Source of the DNA: an uncultured bacterium
Lineage (GTDB): Bacteria; Verrucomicrobiota; Verrucomicrobiia; Verrucomicrobiales; DEV007
Assembly (NCBI GenBank): GCA_963977015.1
Contig: CAXBMO010000020.1
Coordinates: 49,944 to 113,943 of the forward strand
DNA: 64,000 bases
Direction: 5' to 3'
A program made the translations under genes and the position numbers. Under the pieces are notes generated by a model. The model was not told the origin of the DNA. It ran no database searches and saw only the letters and a program-made list of their open reading frames with translations. Below, one piece after another: positions 49,085 through 60,081 of the stretch (within the stretch, counting starts at the first letter, position 1; each line of letters opens with the position of its first letter).

Positions 49085-50377
49085 TTACCCAAATTCCTCA
49101 AACAGATGCCGCAACGCATTCGGAACGATGGCGTTGATCAAAATATCGTTGTTTTCATACTCCTGAGAAACAACGTTGCCTTCGCGATGGAGGAGCGATA
49201 CCAGATCGGCGCGGGATTGGGGAATGCGCAGCTCCATTCGACCCACGCGATCAATCAGGAATTCGTTGAATCGACAGACGAGGTCATCGAGACCCCGTGA
49301 TTCTCTGACCGAAATCAAAATCGGCCGATCAAACTGGCGTTCCAACTCATTGAGGCGCTGGGGATCAGTGACGAGATCGATCTTGTTGAGAACGGTGATG
49401 ACGCGCTTTTCCTCGGCTCCCAATTCCTTGAGAACCGCCAGGGTCGTTGCATGAAACTGCTCGATCTCTGGCGCACTGGCGTCGAGCACGTGGACGAGAA
49501 AATCGGCGAGCAAGGCTTCTTCGAGCGTCGCTTTGAAGGCTTCAACGAGACGGTGCGGGAGATTGCGGACAAATCCGACCGTATCAGTGATGAGAAGCGG
49601 TTGTCCGTCCGGCAACTCAACCCGGCGGGTTGTGGTGTCGAGCGTGGCAAAGAGCATGTCTTTGGCGAGAACTTCGCTGCCACTGAGAGCATTGAGAAGC
49701 GACGACTTTCCCGCGTTGGTGTAACCGACGATTGCGGCATGGGGAATCGGGTTGTTTTCGCGTTCCTTACGTTGCGTAGCGCGCTGCTTGCGAACGACTT
49801 CCAACTCGGCCTTGGCGCGACCAATGCGATCGCGGGCGAGACGCCGGTCCACCTCGATCTGCTTTTCCCCCTCACCGCGGGCTGCTCCGGCGCCGCCTTT
49901 TCCGCCTCCCGAGCCACCGCCTTGACGGTCGAGGTGGGTCCACATTTTCGCCATGCGCGGAAGCGCGTACTGCATGCGGGCGAGTTCCACCTGAAGCTGA
50001 GCTTCGCGCGTCTGGGCACGCATCGCAAAGATATCGAGAATCACTTCCTCCCGATCGATCACCGTGACGCCCGCTTCGGCTTCCCAGGTTTTCTGCTGCA
50101 TCGGCGAAAGCTGGTTGTCGAACACGATGCAATCGCATTCGAGATCGCGAACCATGTCGATGATTTCGTCCTTTTTTCCGGATCCCATGAGGTAGGCTTT
50201 GTTCTGCTCCCTCACGAAAATCAGCTCGCGCTCGACCACTCCAATCCCGAGTGTGTCGACGAGCTCGTTCAGCTCCACGAGCAGGCTTTTGGCTTCCTGC
50301 TCCTCACGTTTGTCGAAATACACGCCCACAAGTAAGGCGCGTTCGACCATTTCCGGCTTTTCACGAACTTCAAACAT
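49085..50377 (-). CDS. hflX: GTPase HflX
   Basis: ILDIFAMRAQTREAQLQVELA, GYTNAGKS, LFATLD, DTVGF; start taken at MFEVREK. Confidence 0.95.
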   Translation of the reverse strand: MFEVREKPEMVERALLVGVYFDKREEQEAKSLLVELNELVDTLGIGVVERELIFVREQNKAYLMGSGKKDEIIDMVRDLECDCIVFDNQLSPMQQKTWEAEAGVTVIDREEVILDIFAMRAQTREAQLQVELARMQYALPRMAKMWTHLDRQGGGSGGGKGGAGAARGEGEKQIEVDRRLARDRIGRAKAELEVVRKQRATQRKERENNPIPHAAIVGYTNAGKSSLLNALSGSEVLAKDMLFATLDTTTRRVELPDGQPLLITDTVGFVRNLPHRLVEAFKATLEEALLADFLVHVLDASAPEIEQFHATTLAVLKELGAEEKRVITVLNKIDLVTDPQRLNELERQFDRPILISVRESRGLDDLVCRFNEFLIDRVGRMELRIPQSRADLVSLLHREGNVVSQEYENNDILINAIVPNALRHLFEEFG

Positions 50378-50512
50378 CAGAATCATGCACCATGCCCAAA
50401 AGGATCGAACCACGCAAGAAATGCGGCAGGTTTCTTCGCCATGGCCAAATCGTGAAGATTTCTCCATGAAGGGGTTTTGAATTCCCTGCGGGATGTGCAA
50501 TTTTTGCAGATA

Positions 50513-50893
50513 ATGGTTATCAAGGTGTTTGCGACACTGGCGGTGGCGTTCGTTACGAGCGCCGTTTGTTTTGCACAGGAGCCCGAGCCGGACACCGGAC
50601 CGCCCAGCTTGCAGGAGGGCGCAAAACTGGAATATGAGAGGGCAGACGCCAAGCTGAGAGGCCGCTACGATTCCCTGTTGAAGCAGTTGAACGTCGATCA
50701 GCGAAAGACCTTGGACGACGTTCATTCCCAATGGCTCGTTTTTCGGGAAACCGCAGCCAAAGCGACGGCCAGCCTAACCGCTCCAAGCGAAGAACATTTC
50801 GCCCTGGTCGAGCTTTTGGAGCTTCATCGCCTGACGGAGCAGCGTCTCGAGGCATTGGAACGGATTCTTGAAGCACGAAAAACGGCAGGTTGA
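50513..50893 (+). CDS. LprI/DUF1311-like secreted helical protein
   Basis: Signal peptide; ADAKLRGRY...QWLVFRE...LTEQRLEAL pattern. Confidence 0.6.
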   Translation: MVIKVFATLAVAFVTSAVCFAQEPEPDTGPPSLQEGAKLEYERADAKLRGRYDSLLKQLNVDQRKTLDDVHSQWLVFRETAAKATASLTAPSEEHFALVELLELHRLTEQRLEALERILEARKTAG

Positions 50894-51006
50894 GACGAAT
50901 CGGTGATATCCCCGTCCGGTTCAGCGCGTGTTGAAAGCTTCGATCAACCAGCTCCTATCACAAACCCTATTTACTTACATCACACCAACTAAAAACACCC
51001 TGTTAT

Positions 51007-53178
51007 ATGAGTAACTCTGCATACTGGTTCCCGGTCTTTGGATTGATTGGGTTAGCATACACCGCCTACCGAATCTGGTGGGTCGACAAACAAGACCCCG
51101 GCGACGCCCGGATGAAGAAAATCGGCGAGAAAATCTACGATGGCGCGATGGCCTTTCTCAAAGCCGAATATCGAATCCTCGGCATCTTCGTGGCGAGTGT
51201 CGCGATTCTCCTGATGATCGGCAATAGCGGCAGTGAGACGAGTTCGTGGCTGACCGGCGTCTCCTTCGCGCTTGGTGCATTTTGCTCGGCGGCGGCTGGA
51301 TTTATCGGGATGCGCGTCGCCACCAAGGCAAACGTCCGCACCACCCAGGCGGCCCGGACCAGTCTTGGCAATGCGCTCCAGGTAGCCTTTTTTGGTGGGT
51401 CGGCCATGGGAATGGGCGTCGTTGGTCTCGGAATACTCGGGCTCGGCACCCTCTTTTTGACCTATCACACTGTGTTTGATGGAGACGTGGCTCGAGCCAT
51501 CACCGTTCTGACCGGCTTTTCGTTCGGCGCATCCTCGGTCGCGTTGTTCGCGCGGGTTGGCGGCGGAATCTACACGAAAGCGGCTGACGTCGGCGCTGAC
51601 CTGGTCGGCAAAGTCGAAGCTGGAATTCCGGAAGATCACCCGCTCAATCCGGCAACCATCGCGGACAACGTTGGCGACAACGTCGGTGATGTCGCCGGAA
51701 TGGGAGCCGACCTCTTTGAGAGTTACGTTGGCTCCATTATCGGGACGATGGTGCTCGGCGCCGCCTTTATCCCGGTTTTCGCGGGAGCAGGCGGGAACGA
51801 ATTGGGCGCGGTTTTGCTCCCCCTGGCCCTGGCCGGCTTTGGGATCCTGACCTCCGTTGTCGGAACCTTCTTCGTGAAGGTCAAGGACGGCGGCGATCCG
51901 CAGAAGGCCCTGAATATGGGCGAGTTCCTTTCCGCAGCCATCATGTTGATCGGTAGCTTTTTCATCATCCGGACGATGCTGCCGGCGACCTGGACATACG
52001 GTGCAGGTGAAGCTGCGCGACAGTTCACTTCCATGGGCGTGTTCTGGTCCACGATTCTGGGCCTTGCCGCCGGATTGGGAATCGGCTTGATCACCGAATA
52101 CTACACCGGATTCGGAACCAAACCGGTCAAGTCGATCGTCAACCAATCCGTTACCGGCGCCGCGACCAACATCATCGCCGGAGTTGGCGTCGGCATGATT
52201 TCGACCACCATCCCAATTTTGATCATCGCGGCAGCGATCATCGGAGCCTATCAGCTGGCCGGTCTTTACGGCATCGCGATTGCTGCTGTCGGCATGCTTT
52301 CCAACACTGGAATCCAGCTCGCGGTCGACGCGTATGGGCCCATTGCGGACAATGCGGGCGGCGTCGCGGAAATGGCGCAGCTTCCAGCGGAAGTTCGCGA
52401 GCGAACCGACAAGCTCGACAGCGTCGGAAACACGACCGCAGCCATTGGAAAGGGATTCGCGATTGGTTCCGCAGCCTTGACCGCACTGGCCCTTTTCGCC
52501 GCCTTCATGACGACAGCTGGCATCACTTCCATCAACATCGCCAATCCGGTGGTGATGGCCGGCTTATTTATCGGCGGCATGCTCCCATTCCTGTTTTCCG
52601 CGCTTTCCATGCAGGCGGTGGGCAGGGCCGCCCGCGCCATGATTCAGGAGGTTCGCCGACAGTTTCGCGATATTCCCGAACTCAAGGCCGCCCTCAACGT
52701 TTGGCGAAACAACTCCGAGAATCCTGTCGATGAGTGGGATGAAAAAGACCGCGAGGTTTACGAGTCCGCTTTCGACAAAGCCGAATACAGCGAGTGCGTC
52801 GCGATTTCGACGAAGGCCTCGCTCCGCGAAATGATCCTACCAGGCGTACTCGCAATTGCGGCGCCGTTGGTGATTGGTTTTATTGGCAAGGCCGAGATGC
52901 TTGGCGGCTTACTCGCCGGCGTTACCGTCAGTGGCGTTCTGATGGCCATCTTCCAGTCCAATGCCGGCGGCGCGTGGGACAATGCCAAAAAGATGATCGA
53001 AGCGGGTGCTGTTGTCGATGGCTCCAAGCTTGAAAAAGGCAGCGAAGCTCACAAAGCCTCCGTTGTCGGCGACACGGTTGGTGATCCCTTCAAGGATACT
53101 TCCGGACCATCGCTCAATATTTTGTTGAAGCTGATTTCCGTGACCGCCTTGGTGATTGCACCACTGCTTCCCACCTAA
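51007..53178 (+). CDS. hppA: Membrane-bound K+-dependent (likely Na+-translocating) pyrophosphatase
   Basis: [39 protein letters not shown] (Ala form indicates K+ dependence), [10 protein letters not shown]. Confidence 0.95.
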   Translation: MSNSAYWFPVFGLIGLAYTAYRIWWVDKQDPGDARMKKIGEKIYDGAMAFLKAEYRILGIFVASVAILLMIGNSGSETSSWLTGVSFALGAFCSAAAGFIGMRVATKANVRTTQAARTSLGNALQVAFFGGSAMGMGVVGLGILGLGTLFLTYHTVFDGDVARAITVLTGFSFGASSVALFARVGGGIYTKAADVGADLVGKVEAGIPEDHPLNPATIADNVGDNVGDVAGMGADLFESYVGSIIGTMVLGAAFIPVFAGAGGNELGAVLLPLALAGFGILTSVVGTFFVKVKDGGDPQKALNMGEFLSAAIMLIGSFFIIRTMLPATWTYGAGEAARQFTSMGVFWSTILGLAAGLGIGLITEYYTGFGTKPVKSIVNQSVTGAATNIIAGVGVGMISTTIPILIIAAAIIGAYQLAGLYGIAIAAVGMLSNTGIQLAVDAYGPIADNAGGVAEMAQLPAEVRERTDKLDSVGNTTAAIGKGFAIGSAALTALALFAAFMTTAGITSINIANPVVMAGLFIGGMLPFLFSALSMQAVGRAARAMIQEVRRQFRDIPELKAALNVWRNNSENPVDEWDEKDREVYESAFDKAEYSECVAISTKASLREMILPGVLAIAAPLVIGFIGKAEMLGGLLAGVTVSGVLMAIFQSNAGGAWDNAKKMIEAGAVVDGSKLEKGSEAHKASVVGDTVGDPFKDTSGPSLNILLKLISVTALVIAPLLPT

Positions 53179-53187
53179 CCGGTTTTC

Positions 53188-55716
53188 TTAATCTTCCAGG
53201 GCGGCGGAGCGATCAGCTTCGTCGCCCTTTTTTTGTGCCTCCATCTGACGAACCGGAGGAGAAAGCTCCAGGGGATCGATCAGGGTCTTCCATCCGTTCT
53301 CCACTGGTCGATAGTCTGAATCCACCACCCGGAAAAACCCGGGTTTCAAGTGATCGTACTTCGTATAAAACACGTGATTCACATTCAAAGGAGGAAGATA
53401 GAGACTCCGATCCAGCGTCGGATCATTGGACACCTTCATCACAAACCGTTGATCTCCTTCCTGGAGAAAAAACCGGCGATGCAGTTCTTCAAAATCGGTT
53501 TTCAAAACAAAGCAACCGACACTCGCCCCAAGAATAAAAACCAAGTAGGCACCCGCGGCGATTCCCTCTGTCTTTGTTCCGGTCCAGCACGATTCCCAGA
53601 CCTGGCGCTTCTGGCCTAACCAATATTCAATCGGCGCCAACAGATAGGCAAGGAACAGGAAATAACTGTACGTCGCCGCTGCCCTCCAGCTCCCGGTCAT
53701 CCCCACCGAGCTGTGAAAGACGACACAGGCGTAACCTGCCAGGACGACGACAAGCGTTAGATACAAACGAAGGCCGATACTGATGGCGACCAACGCGATC
53801 ATGTAGAGCAGGAGAAACCACCCCATCAGGTTCCATTGCCAGACATCAAGTCCATAGAGGATCAGGGGAAGTAAGCCATGAAAGCACAGCCAGGCGGTTG
53901 CCAGCGGAGTCCGGGGCACGCGGGAATAGAGCATTTGAGCCACGGTAAACAGAATCAGGCCCAACCCGACAACTCGGAACTGGACCGTCGTCAGCGAGTG
54001 CCCGTCGAGATAAGTTCGCTCCCAGATTTTTGACCCCAGATCCTTCCATCCTTCCGTCGACAACCGGAACGCGAGGAACTTGTCCAGGATCTCTTTGTGA
54101 TACACTTCTTGCGCTTCCCAATCATCCGGTCGCGGACGCAGGTAGCCTTCTATATAGATATCGGAATTCCACTTATGTTCAGGGTTGGTGTAAACACAAT
54201 AGAGCGCCGACCAACCGTTGTTGGTGACCTGATGCACTTCGCGAATCTTGCCGTCAATCGCGCCGGGAAGCAACAGGCTGATGGCCCCAAGTCCGGCCAC
54301 CCAATACAACTTGGGACGCTTTGCGAGAACCGCGACAATCACCGCCAGGATCACCATCGAAACTCCGGCGAGAATCTGAGGCCCACGAACCACTCCAGCG
54401 ATCCCGATCGACACAAAGCCGAGCATTCCGAGGAGAAGATTCATCCGGGCCTGCCCAATCCGAAAGATCGCCTGGGCAACCAGATAGATTCCCACAAACA
54501 CCGCGCCAAACGCCATCATTCCCGGACCAAAAACGTGGGGCGCGAGGAGTTTGAAGTTGAGAAAGTAGGTGAGAATGATCCCCCACAATCCGGCGAGGAA
54601 ATAGAACCGCCCGAGCGGGCTCGCGGTGAAAAAGAACAAGGTGAACGTTCCCAACCAGCAAACCATCATCGCCACCGGAACCCAGGCGACGTCAAAATTG
54701 ACATTGAGAAAGGAGGCATGCCAGATCGCGGGAAGGCAGCGATAAGTGGAGACGTAAGGTTCGTTCAACGCGTGAAAGTGCATCGCGCCAGTCATCCAGA
54801 TTCCGAGAGCATCCGAAGTCGGGGTTTTTGCACTGGCGAATTGGGGAACGAACGGTTCCTCGATCACTCGAAACTCTTCGTAGTTTCCGCGAAAGAGCCA
54901 GACGAAGACCACGATTCCAACAACGTAGGCGACGATGCTGACCGGCTTCACCCAACCCAGCTCCGGCTTCGTATCCCGAAACGCGTCCGTCAATCTGCCG
55001 GGAACCTGCCGCGTGAACTCAACGAGCGAACGTCCCCAGAGACCCATCGCCAGGACGACGACTCCAGCGACGATCAGGTTGGCGATGCTCGGAACGATTG
55101 CGCTCGCCAGTCCTTTGACCTTTTCGCGAGCATCGGGCTCATCGTTCTTGAGCTGGAGCTTGCAAATCGGATCCTCGACCAAGCTTTCAATGATCACAAA
55201 ATCGCTGGTTTCCGTGATGAGAACGCCCTCTTTCCACGTCGTGAGCCGCTTCAGTTTCACGGTTTCGAGGCGTTTCCCGGTCACACGATCGTGCAACGCC
55301 ATGTCGTAAATCTCGAGCTGCGACGGGACCAGGTCACTCGGATCGAATCGAAGGGCGGGATCGTGCAACTCGTTCGGGAGCGGAAACGTCATCTCCGAAA
55401 AGTGGATTCCGGACTTCAGCTTGGCTGCGAGATAGTCTTCCTGGGTGGTTCCGCTGCCGCGATCAAAATAAACCCGGGCTTCCGGCCGGATGAACGGCCC
55501 CCGGTCTTCCACCGAGTAGCGATACGTGATGACGAGATCCAACCCCGCTCCCTGAATTGCCGATTTGCCAAAACTGAGCATTCCGACCAACAGCGGAATC
55601 GAAATCAGCATCCATTTTCCGATGGGATCGCCCCAGAACGCCTGGGTTCGAGACCGGACATCGCGGCCCCATTGCGAAATGAAGTTCCAGGCTTGCGCTT
55701 TGGTGATTCGTGTCAT
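53188..55716 (-). CDS. Large polytopic membrane protein, possibly a GT-C-type glycosyltransferase
   Basis: 842 aa, many TM helices, N-terminal soluble domain with VYFDRGSG...LRFDP; function is inferred. Confidence 0.65.
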   Translation of the reverse strand: MTRITKAQAWNFISQWGRDVRSRTQAFWGDPIGKWMLISIPLLVGMLSFGKSAIQGAGLDLVITYRYSVEDRGPFIRPEARVYFDRGSGTTQEDYLAAKLKSGIHFSEMTFPLPNELHDPALRFDPSDLVPSQLEIYDMALHDRVTGKRLETVKLKRLTTWKEGVLITETSDFVIIESLVEDPICKLQLKNDEPDAREKVKGLASAIVPSIANLIVAGVVVLAMGLWGRSLVEFTRQVPGRLTDAFRDTKPELGWVKPVSIVAYVVGIVVFVWLFRGNYEEFRVIEEPFVPQFASAKTPTSDALGIWMTGAMHFHALNEPYVSTYRCLPAIWHASFLNVNFDVAWVPVAMMVCWLGTFTLFFFTASPLGRFYFLAGLWGIILTYFLNFKLLAPHVFGPGMMAFGAVFVGIYLVAQAIFRIGQARMNLLLGMLGFVSIGIAGVVRGPQILAGVSMVILAVIVAVLAKRPKLYWVAGLGAISLLLPGAIDGKIREVHQVTNNGWSALYCVYTNPEHKWNSDIYIEGYLRPRPDDWEAQEVYHKEILDKFLAFRLSTEGWKDLGSKIWERTYLDGHSLTTVQFRVVGLGLILFTVAQMLYSRVPRTPLATAWLCFHGLLPLILYGLDVWQWNLMGWFLLLYMIALVAISIGLRLYLTLVVVLAGYACVVFHSSVGMTGSWRAAATYSYFLFLAYLLAPIEYWLGQKRQVWESCWTGTKTEGIAAGAYLVFILGASVGCFVLKTDFEELHRRFFLQEGDQRFVMKVSNDPTLDRSLYLPPLNVNHVFYTKYDHLKPGFFRVVDSDYRPVENGWKTLIDPLELSPPVRQMEAQKKGDEADRSAALED

Positions 55717-55940
55717 TTTCCGGAGGGAATTGGGCCGAATACCATAGACCGGGGCCGGTGGCGAGAGATTTCAGAGTCTGGCGAACGAGCAGTTTCAATG
55801 AACCTGTCGCCAATGGATATGACCAGGATCAGGAAGGGAAACCGCGTGAACTCCACTTAATATGCTCTAGTCAGTGCATTTTGGTTGAGTGATGCTACCT
55901 ATCAGTTGGCCCACCAAAGGGATCCCACTACATCTGCGTT

Positions 55941-56243
55941 ATGAATTTGTTTCCGTCTGACGAAGACAACTCGCCTCAACCAGCCGCGTCCGCGTTTTCG
56001 CGGGAAATTATTGAGGCTGTTTGGGAGCAAGCAGAGACGATTCCAGGAAATGACGACGGCCTTTGGCGCAAAGACGTGAACGGGACCTGGATTAACCGGA
56101 TGGATTACGGAAAGCGGAATTCCCAATTTGGATGGGAGATTGAGGAAAAAGGCACCGAATTGCGCCCGGTGCAGTGGGAATGCTCCCAGGCTCAGCGCGA
56201 GCCGGAGGCGGAAGAAGAGGAAGAAGATCCCTTCCTTTTCTAA
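55941..56243 (+). CDS. Small HNH-family-like protein lacking the catalytic core
   Basis: VWEQA...WRKDVNGTWI...YG...GWEI...LRPVQW; the His/Asn segment is absent; acidic tail. Confidence 0.6.
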   Translation: MNLFPSDEDNSPQPAASAFSREIIEAVWEQAETIPGNDDGLWRKDVNGTWINRMDYGKRNSQFGWEIEEKGTELRPVQWECSQAQREPEAEEEEEDPFLF

Positions 56244-56249
56244 GGAGCG

Positions 56250-57116
56250 TCATTCGACCAACACCAGCTCCAGGGAGAAGTCGATGGCTCGTGAGGAGTG
56301 CGTCAACGCGCCGACGGAGATGAAATCGACGCCTGTTTCGGCGATTGCCGCCACCGTATCCAAATTCACGCCGCCGCTCGCCTCGAGTTCAACGTTGGGA
56401 GCGAGATCATCGCGAATCGCAATCGCTTCACGAAGTTGATCCGTGGACATATTGTCGAGCAGAACGACATCGACGCCTTTCAGGGTCAGGTATTGGCGAA
56501 GCTGCTCCAGGTTATCGACTTCCAACTCCATCTTCCGGCCGGGAAATTCCTCGTGATAGGCGTGGATTCCCGCCTGGATCCACTCGGGATCGCTTTTCGC
56601 GAGCAAATGGTTGTCCTTCACCATCACGGCATCATAGAGACCGATCCGATGGTTGGTGCCGCCGCCGTGACGAACCGCAGCTTTCTCCAGATCCCGCCAA
56701 CCGGGCGTCGTCTTTCGAGTATCGAGAATTCGCGCCTTCGTTCCGCGCACTTTCTCGACGAATTGATGCGTCAGCGTCGCGACACCTGACAATTGCTGGA
56801 TGAAATTCAGCGCCGTGCGTTCCCCCGTCAAAATGGAGCGAAGCGAACCATCGATTGTCAGCACGGTTTGACCGTTGCTGAGTTCGGTTCCGTCTTTCTC
56901 GACGATTTCGCAGCGGAGATCGGAATCGATCTGAGCAAAGACCTCAACGGCGATCTCAATTCCCGAAAGCACGGCGGGTTCTTCTTTCGCAAAAATTCTT
57001 CCGCGGCCTTTCGCGTCTTCCGGAACGAAAAATCGCGAGGTCAAATCGCCAAATTCTGATAAATCTTCTTTTACCGCATTATTGACAATCAAGTTTGATA
57101 AATGATTTGGTGGCAT
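56250..57116 (-). CDS. nadC: Quinolinate phosphoribosyltransferase
   Basis: DTRKTTPG, HRIGLYD, VKDNH, LLDNM, EASGG, GALTHS. Confidence 0.96.
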   Translation of the reverse strand: MPPNHLSNLIVNNAVKEDLSEFGDLTSRFFVPEDAKGRGRIFAKEEPAVLSGIEIAVEVFAQIDSDLRCEIVEKDGTELSNGQTVLTIDGSLRSILTGERTALNFIQQLSGVATLTHQFVEKVRGTKARILDTRKTTPGWRDLEKAAVRHGGGTNHRIGLYDAVMVKDNHLLAKSDPEWIQAGIHAYHEEFPGRKMELEVDNLEQLRQYLTLKGVDVVLLDNMSTDQLREAIAIRDDLAPNVELEASGGVNLDTVAAIAETGVDFISVGALTHSSRAIDFSLELVLVE

Positions 57117-57191
57117 GACTGCTGATCTGGAATTACATTGGATTCTCGCCCAAGCGCTGCACTCCGCAGCAAAGCCCCAAAACCGTCAAAA

Positions 57192-59399
57192 ATGATGATG
57201 CCAGGGACGGAAGACGATTACCTAGAACATTACTCCGGCTACATGCCACCGACTCGGAATGCCGTCATGTGGAAACGCCGCTTTCTCCAATTGGGGATTG
57301 TCTCGGCGTTGGTCGCGAGCATCGTGATCCTTGCGACTTACGTCTACTACCGCGAACTTGCGGAACGGGAAGATATCACCCGGGTTGGCGATATGCCGGA
57401 GCGTTCCATCGTTTTCGACCGCAAAGGCCAGGAAATAGGCCGCATGCATGGCGCCAATCGCGTCAAAGTTCCTCTCAAAGCCGTTTCTCCCTATTTTCTC
57501 GACGCGTTGCTCGCCCGGGAAGATTCGCGTTTCTACCTTCACGGCGGGATCGACTATCGGGGAATTGCCCGGGCCATGGTTCGAAATCTGAAAGATGGCC
57601 GGTTCACCCAGGGAGCCAGCACCATCACGATGCAGCTGGCCCGCGTCAGTTTCGATATTCGCGACAAGACCCTGAACCGCAAGGTGTTGGAAGCCATGAT
57701 CGCCCGGCGTATCGAGGAGACTTATTCAAAGGGCGACATTCTCTCCTTTTACGCAAACCGCGTTTATTTCGGGACCGGGTTGTATGGGGTCGAACGTGCC
57801 TCTCAGGCCTATTTCGACAAACACGCAAGCGAGCTGAGCTTGGGTGAAGCGGCGATGCTGGCTGGAATTATTCGCGCCCCGAACCGGTTTTCGCCGTTTC
57901 GGCACTACGGCGATGCGATTCGCGAGCGCGATATGGTGATGAATCGAATGTTGAAAATGGGGTTCATCACCGCCGAAGACATCGCCCGAGCGAAGAGTCA
58001 GAAGATCGTCATCTCAAGTCCGGATCAAAGCCGTGTTAATCACAACTCGTATGCTCTGGACCTCGTTCGTCGCGATTTGGATGACATTCTCGAAAAGCGC
58101 GAACTCGAGGATGGAGGTCTCCTCATTCACACGACGCTCGACTTCGGAATGCAGCAGTTTGTTGAAAAAGCAGTCGAGCAAAACTTGGCGGCTCTGGAGA
58201 TGAATCCCGATTTTTCTCATCAGAAGCGTATTGAATTCCAACGCGCCAAAGAAGCGGGCGAGCCGGTGAAACCGGAATACCTGCAAGGCGCGGCCGTCAT
58301 GCTCGACAACGCATCTGGAGGGATCCGTGCCGTGGTTGGCGGTCGCGACTTCAATGAAAGCCAATACAACCGGGCCACGATGGGTCGACGCCAAATCGGT
58401 TCGCTTTTCAAACCCTTCGTTTACGCGGCCGGCTACCAGAACGGACTCCTGCCCGGAACGCTGATCGATGACGGTCCGCTGAGAGAAGGCGAGATCCCGT
58501 GGACGACGGATGAACATTGGAACCCCAACAACTCGGACGGCCTCTTCACCGGTCTGCAACCCGCTGAGTTCGGGCTCATCAAATCCCGCAATACGATGAC
58601 GGTTCGCGTGGGAGAAATCGGAGGTATCGAAAACGTGGCGAAACTCGCGACCAAAGCTGGAATCCGGGTTCCCGAAAATCGTTCACCGCAGCTCTACATC
58701 GGCAACCTGGGAGCGGATTTGCTGACTGTGACGAGCGCGTTTTCCGCCTTTCCCGAAGATGGCGAGCAATCTCGCACGTTCATCATCGAAGCGATTCAGG
58801 ATCAACGCGGCAACATCATCTATCAGAACTCCACATCTCGAAACCGCATCATGCCCAAGGGTGCGGCCTATTTGGCCCGCAAGTCTCTGGAGAAAGTCGT
58901 CGATCCTGCTGGAACCGGCGCTCGCGCCCGGGCCATGGGACTCCGCGGCCCCGCAGGTGGCAAGACCGGAACCACGGATGGCTACCGGGATGCCTGGTTT
59001 GTCGGATTTAGCGATAAACTCACCGCTGGCGTCTGGGTTGGACTCGATAAACCCAGCACGATCATCGACCGAGGCTACGGAAGCACCCTGGCGCTGCCAA
59101 TTTGGACGGAAATGATGACCTACGCCCATTCCAACGGCTATCCGCTTGAGTCCTTCCATTCCGATGTCTCTCTCGTGAATGTCGAAGTCTGTCGCATGAG
59201 CGGCGGTCTCGCCAACTGGGCCTGCGGCCAGGGAGCTCATTCCTATCAAATCGCGGTTCCTTACGAATTGGTCCCAAACCACACCTGCGGCACGCACGAC
59301 ACGTTCCGATTGGCGGGCCGGGCCAATCCTGCCTTGCCTCCGCAAGAGCCGGTGGATCGCGAATCGATTCTGGGGCGTCTTCGGGGTTGGTTTCAGTAG
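57192..59399 (+). CDS. Class A penicillin-binding protein (PBP1A-type)
   Basis: EDSRFYLHGG, GASTITMQL, SLFK, SRN, KTGT; N-terminal TM; start uncertain. Confidence 0.92.
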   Translation: MMMPGTEDDYLEHYSGYMPPTRNAVMWKRRFLQLGIVSALVASIVILATYVYYRELAEREDITRVGDMPERSIVFDRKGQEIGRMHGANRVKVPLKAVSPYFLDALLAREDSRFYLHGGIDYRGIARAMVRNLKDGRFTQGASTITMQLARVSFDIRDKTLNRKVLEAMIARRIEETYSKGDILSFYANRVYFGTGLYGVERASQAYFDKHASELSLGEAAMLAGIIRAPNRFSPFRHYGDAIRERDMVMNRMLKMGFITAEDIARAKSQKIVISSPDQSRVNHNSYALDLVRRDLDDILEKRELEDGGLLIHTTLDFGMQQFVEKAVEQNLAALEMNPDFSHQKRIEFQRAKEAGEPVKPEYLQGAAVMLDNASGGIRAVVGGRDFNESQYNRATMGRRQIGSLFKPFVYAAGYQNGLLPGTLIDDGPLREGEIPWTTDEHWNPNNSDGLFTGLQPAEFGLIKSRNTMTVRVGEIGGIENVAKLATKAGIRVPENRSPQLYIGNLGADLLTVTSAFSAFPEDGEQSRTFIIEAIQDQRGNIIYQNSTSRNRIMPKGAAYLARKSLEKVVDPAGTGARARAMGLRGPAGGKTGTTDGYRDAWFVGFSDKLTAGVWVGLDKPSTIIDRGYGSTLALPIWTEMMTYAHSNGYPLESFHSDVSLVNVEVCRMSGGLANWACGQGAHSYQIAVPYELVPNHTCGTHDTFRLAGRANPALPPQEPVDRESILGRLRGWFQ

Positions 59400-60014
59400 T
59401 CAGTCCCAAAATCGCGGAACGATTCGCCCGGTTTTGGTCCGATACTCGCGATAGAGATCGCCAAAGCGTTCTTCGAGCATCCGTTCTTCGCGCTCGATGC
59501 GCCGAAAAAGGAGAATGCTGATTCCGACACAAAACGCGATGATCGCCAGATTCGCGCTGAGGATGGCGACACCGGCAAAGTAACCGAGGAGCGCCGCGTA
59601 CATCGGGTGACGCACCCAGGCATAAGGTCCATCGATGATCAGTTGATGCCCCTCCCGCAGCGAAAGACTCGCACTGAAGTAGTGACCCAGCGCCCGGTGA
59701 ACCCAATGCAGCCCGGCCAGACTGAACACCGCCAACGCCAAAGCAAGCCATTGAATCAGGTCAGGAATCGGCAGCTCAAAGTGCCTCATCCAGGGGCTGA
59801 TTTCGGAGGTGTGATGGAAGCCATAACAGATCACCATCACGACCAATCCGAACGAAAGAGCAGGCCATGAAAATCGCACCCAAACCGGCTCCCGATTGCC
59901 GACAAATTCTCCCTGCTCACGACCGTGGATCCAGACCTTGAGATGGTGTCCCAACCTCAGGAGAGCTAAGGCACAGAACACGGCAAGAACCGCGAATGGT
60001 AAGGGAGCAATCAC
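59400..60014 (-). CDS. Isoprenylcysteine carboxyl methyltransferase (ICMT/PEMT) family protein
   Basis: GPYAWVRHPMY and EERMLEERFGDLYREY; TM helices. Confidence 0.88.
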   Translation of the reverse strand: MIAPLPFAVLAVFCALALLRLGHHLKVWIHGREQGEFVGNREPVWVRFSWPALSFGLVVMVICYGFHHTSEISPWMRHFELPIPDLIQWLALALAVFSLAGLHWVHRALGHYFSASLSLREGHQLIIDGPYAWVRHPMYAALLGYFAGVAILSANLAIIAFCVGISILLFRRIEREERMLEERFGDLYREYRTKTGRIVPRFWD

Positions 60015-60081
60015 CGTTTCAAAATGGCATCGCTCCAGACCAATCCGTCAAGCTGCGTTCGTCGGATAAAGCCAGGTTTGT

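Noticed and set aside
50378-50731. N-terminal extension of HflX given by the ORF track (likewise the extensions on purB, der, the DUF1592 gene and the RDD gene)
   Set aside because: Recognisable homology begins at downstream starts, and several of these extensions overlap neighbouring genes.
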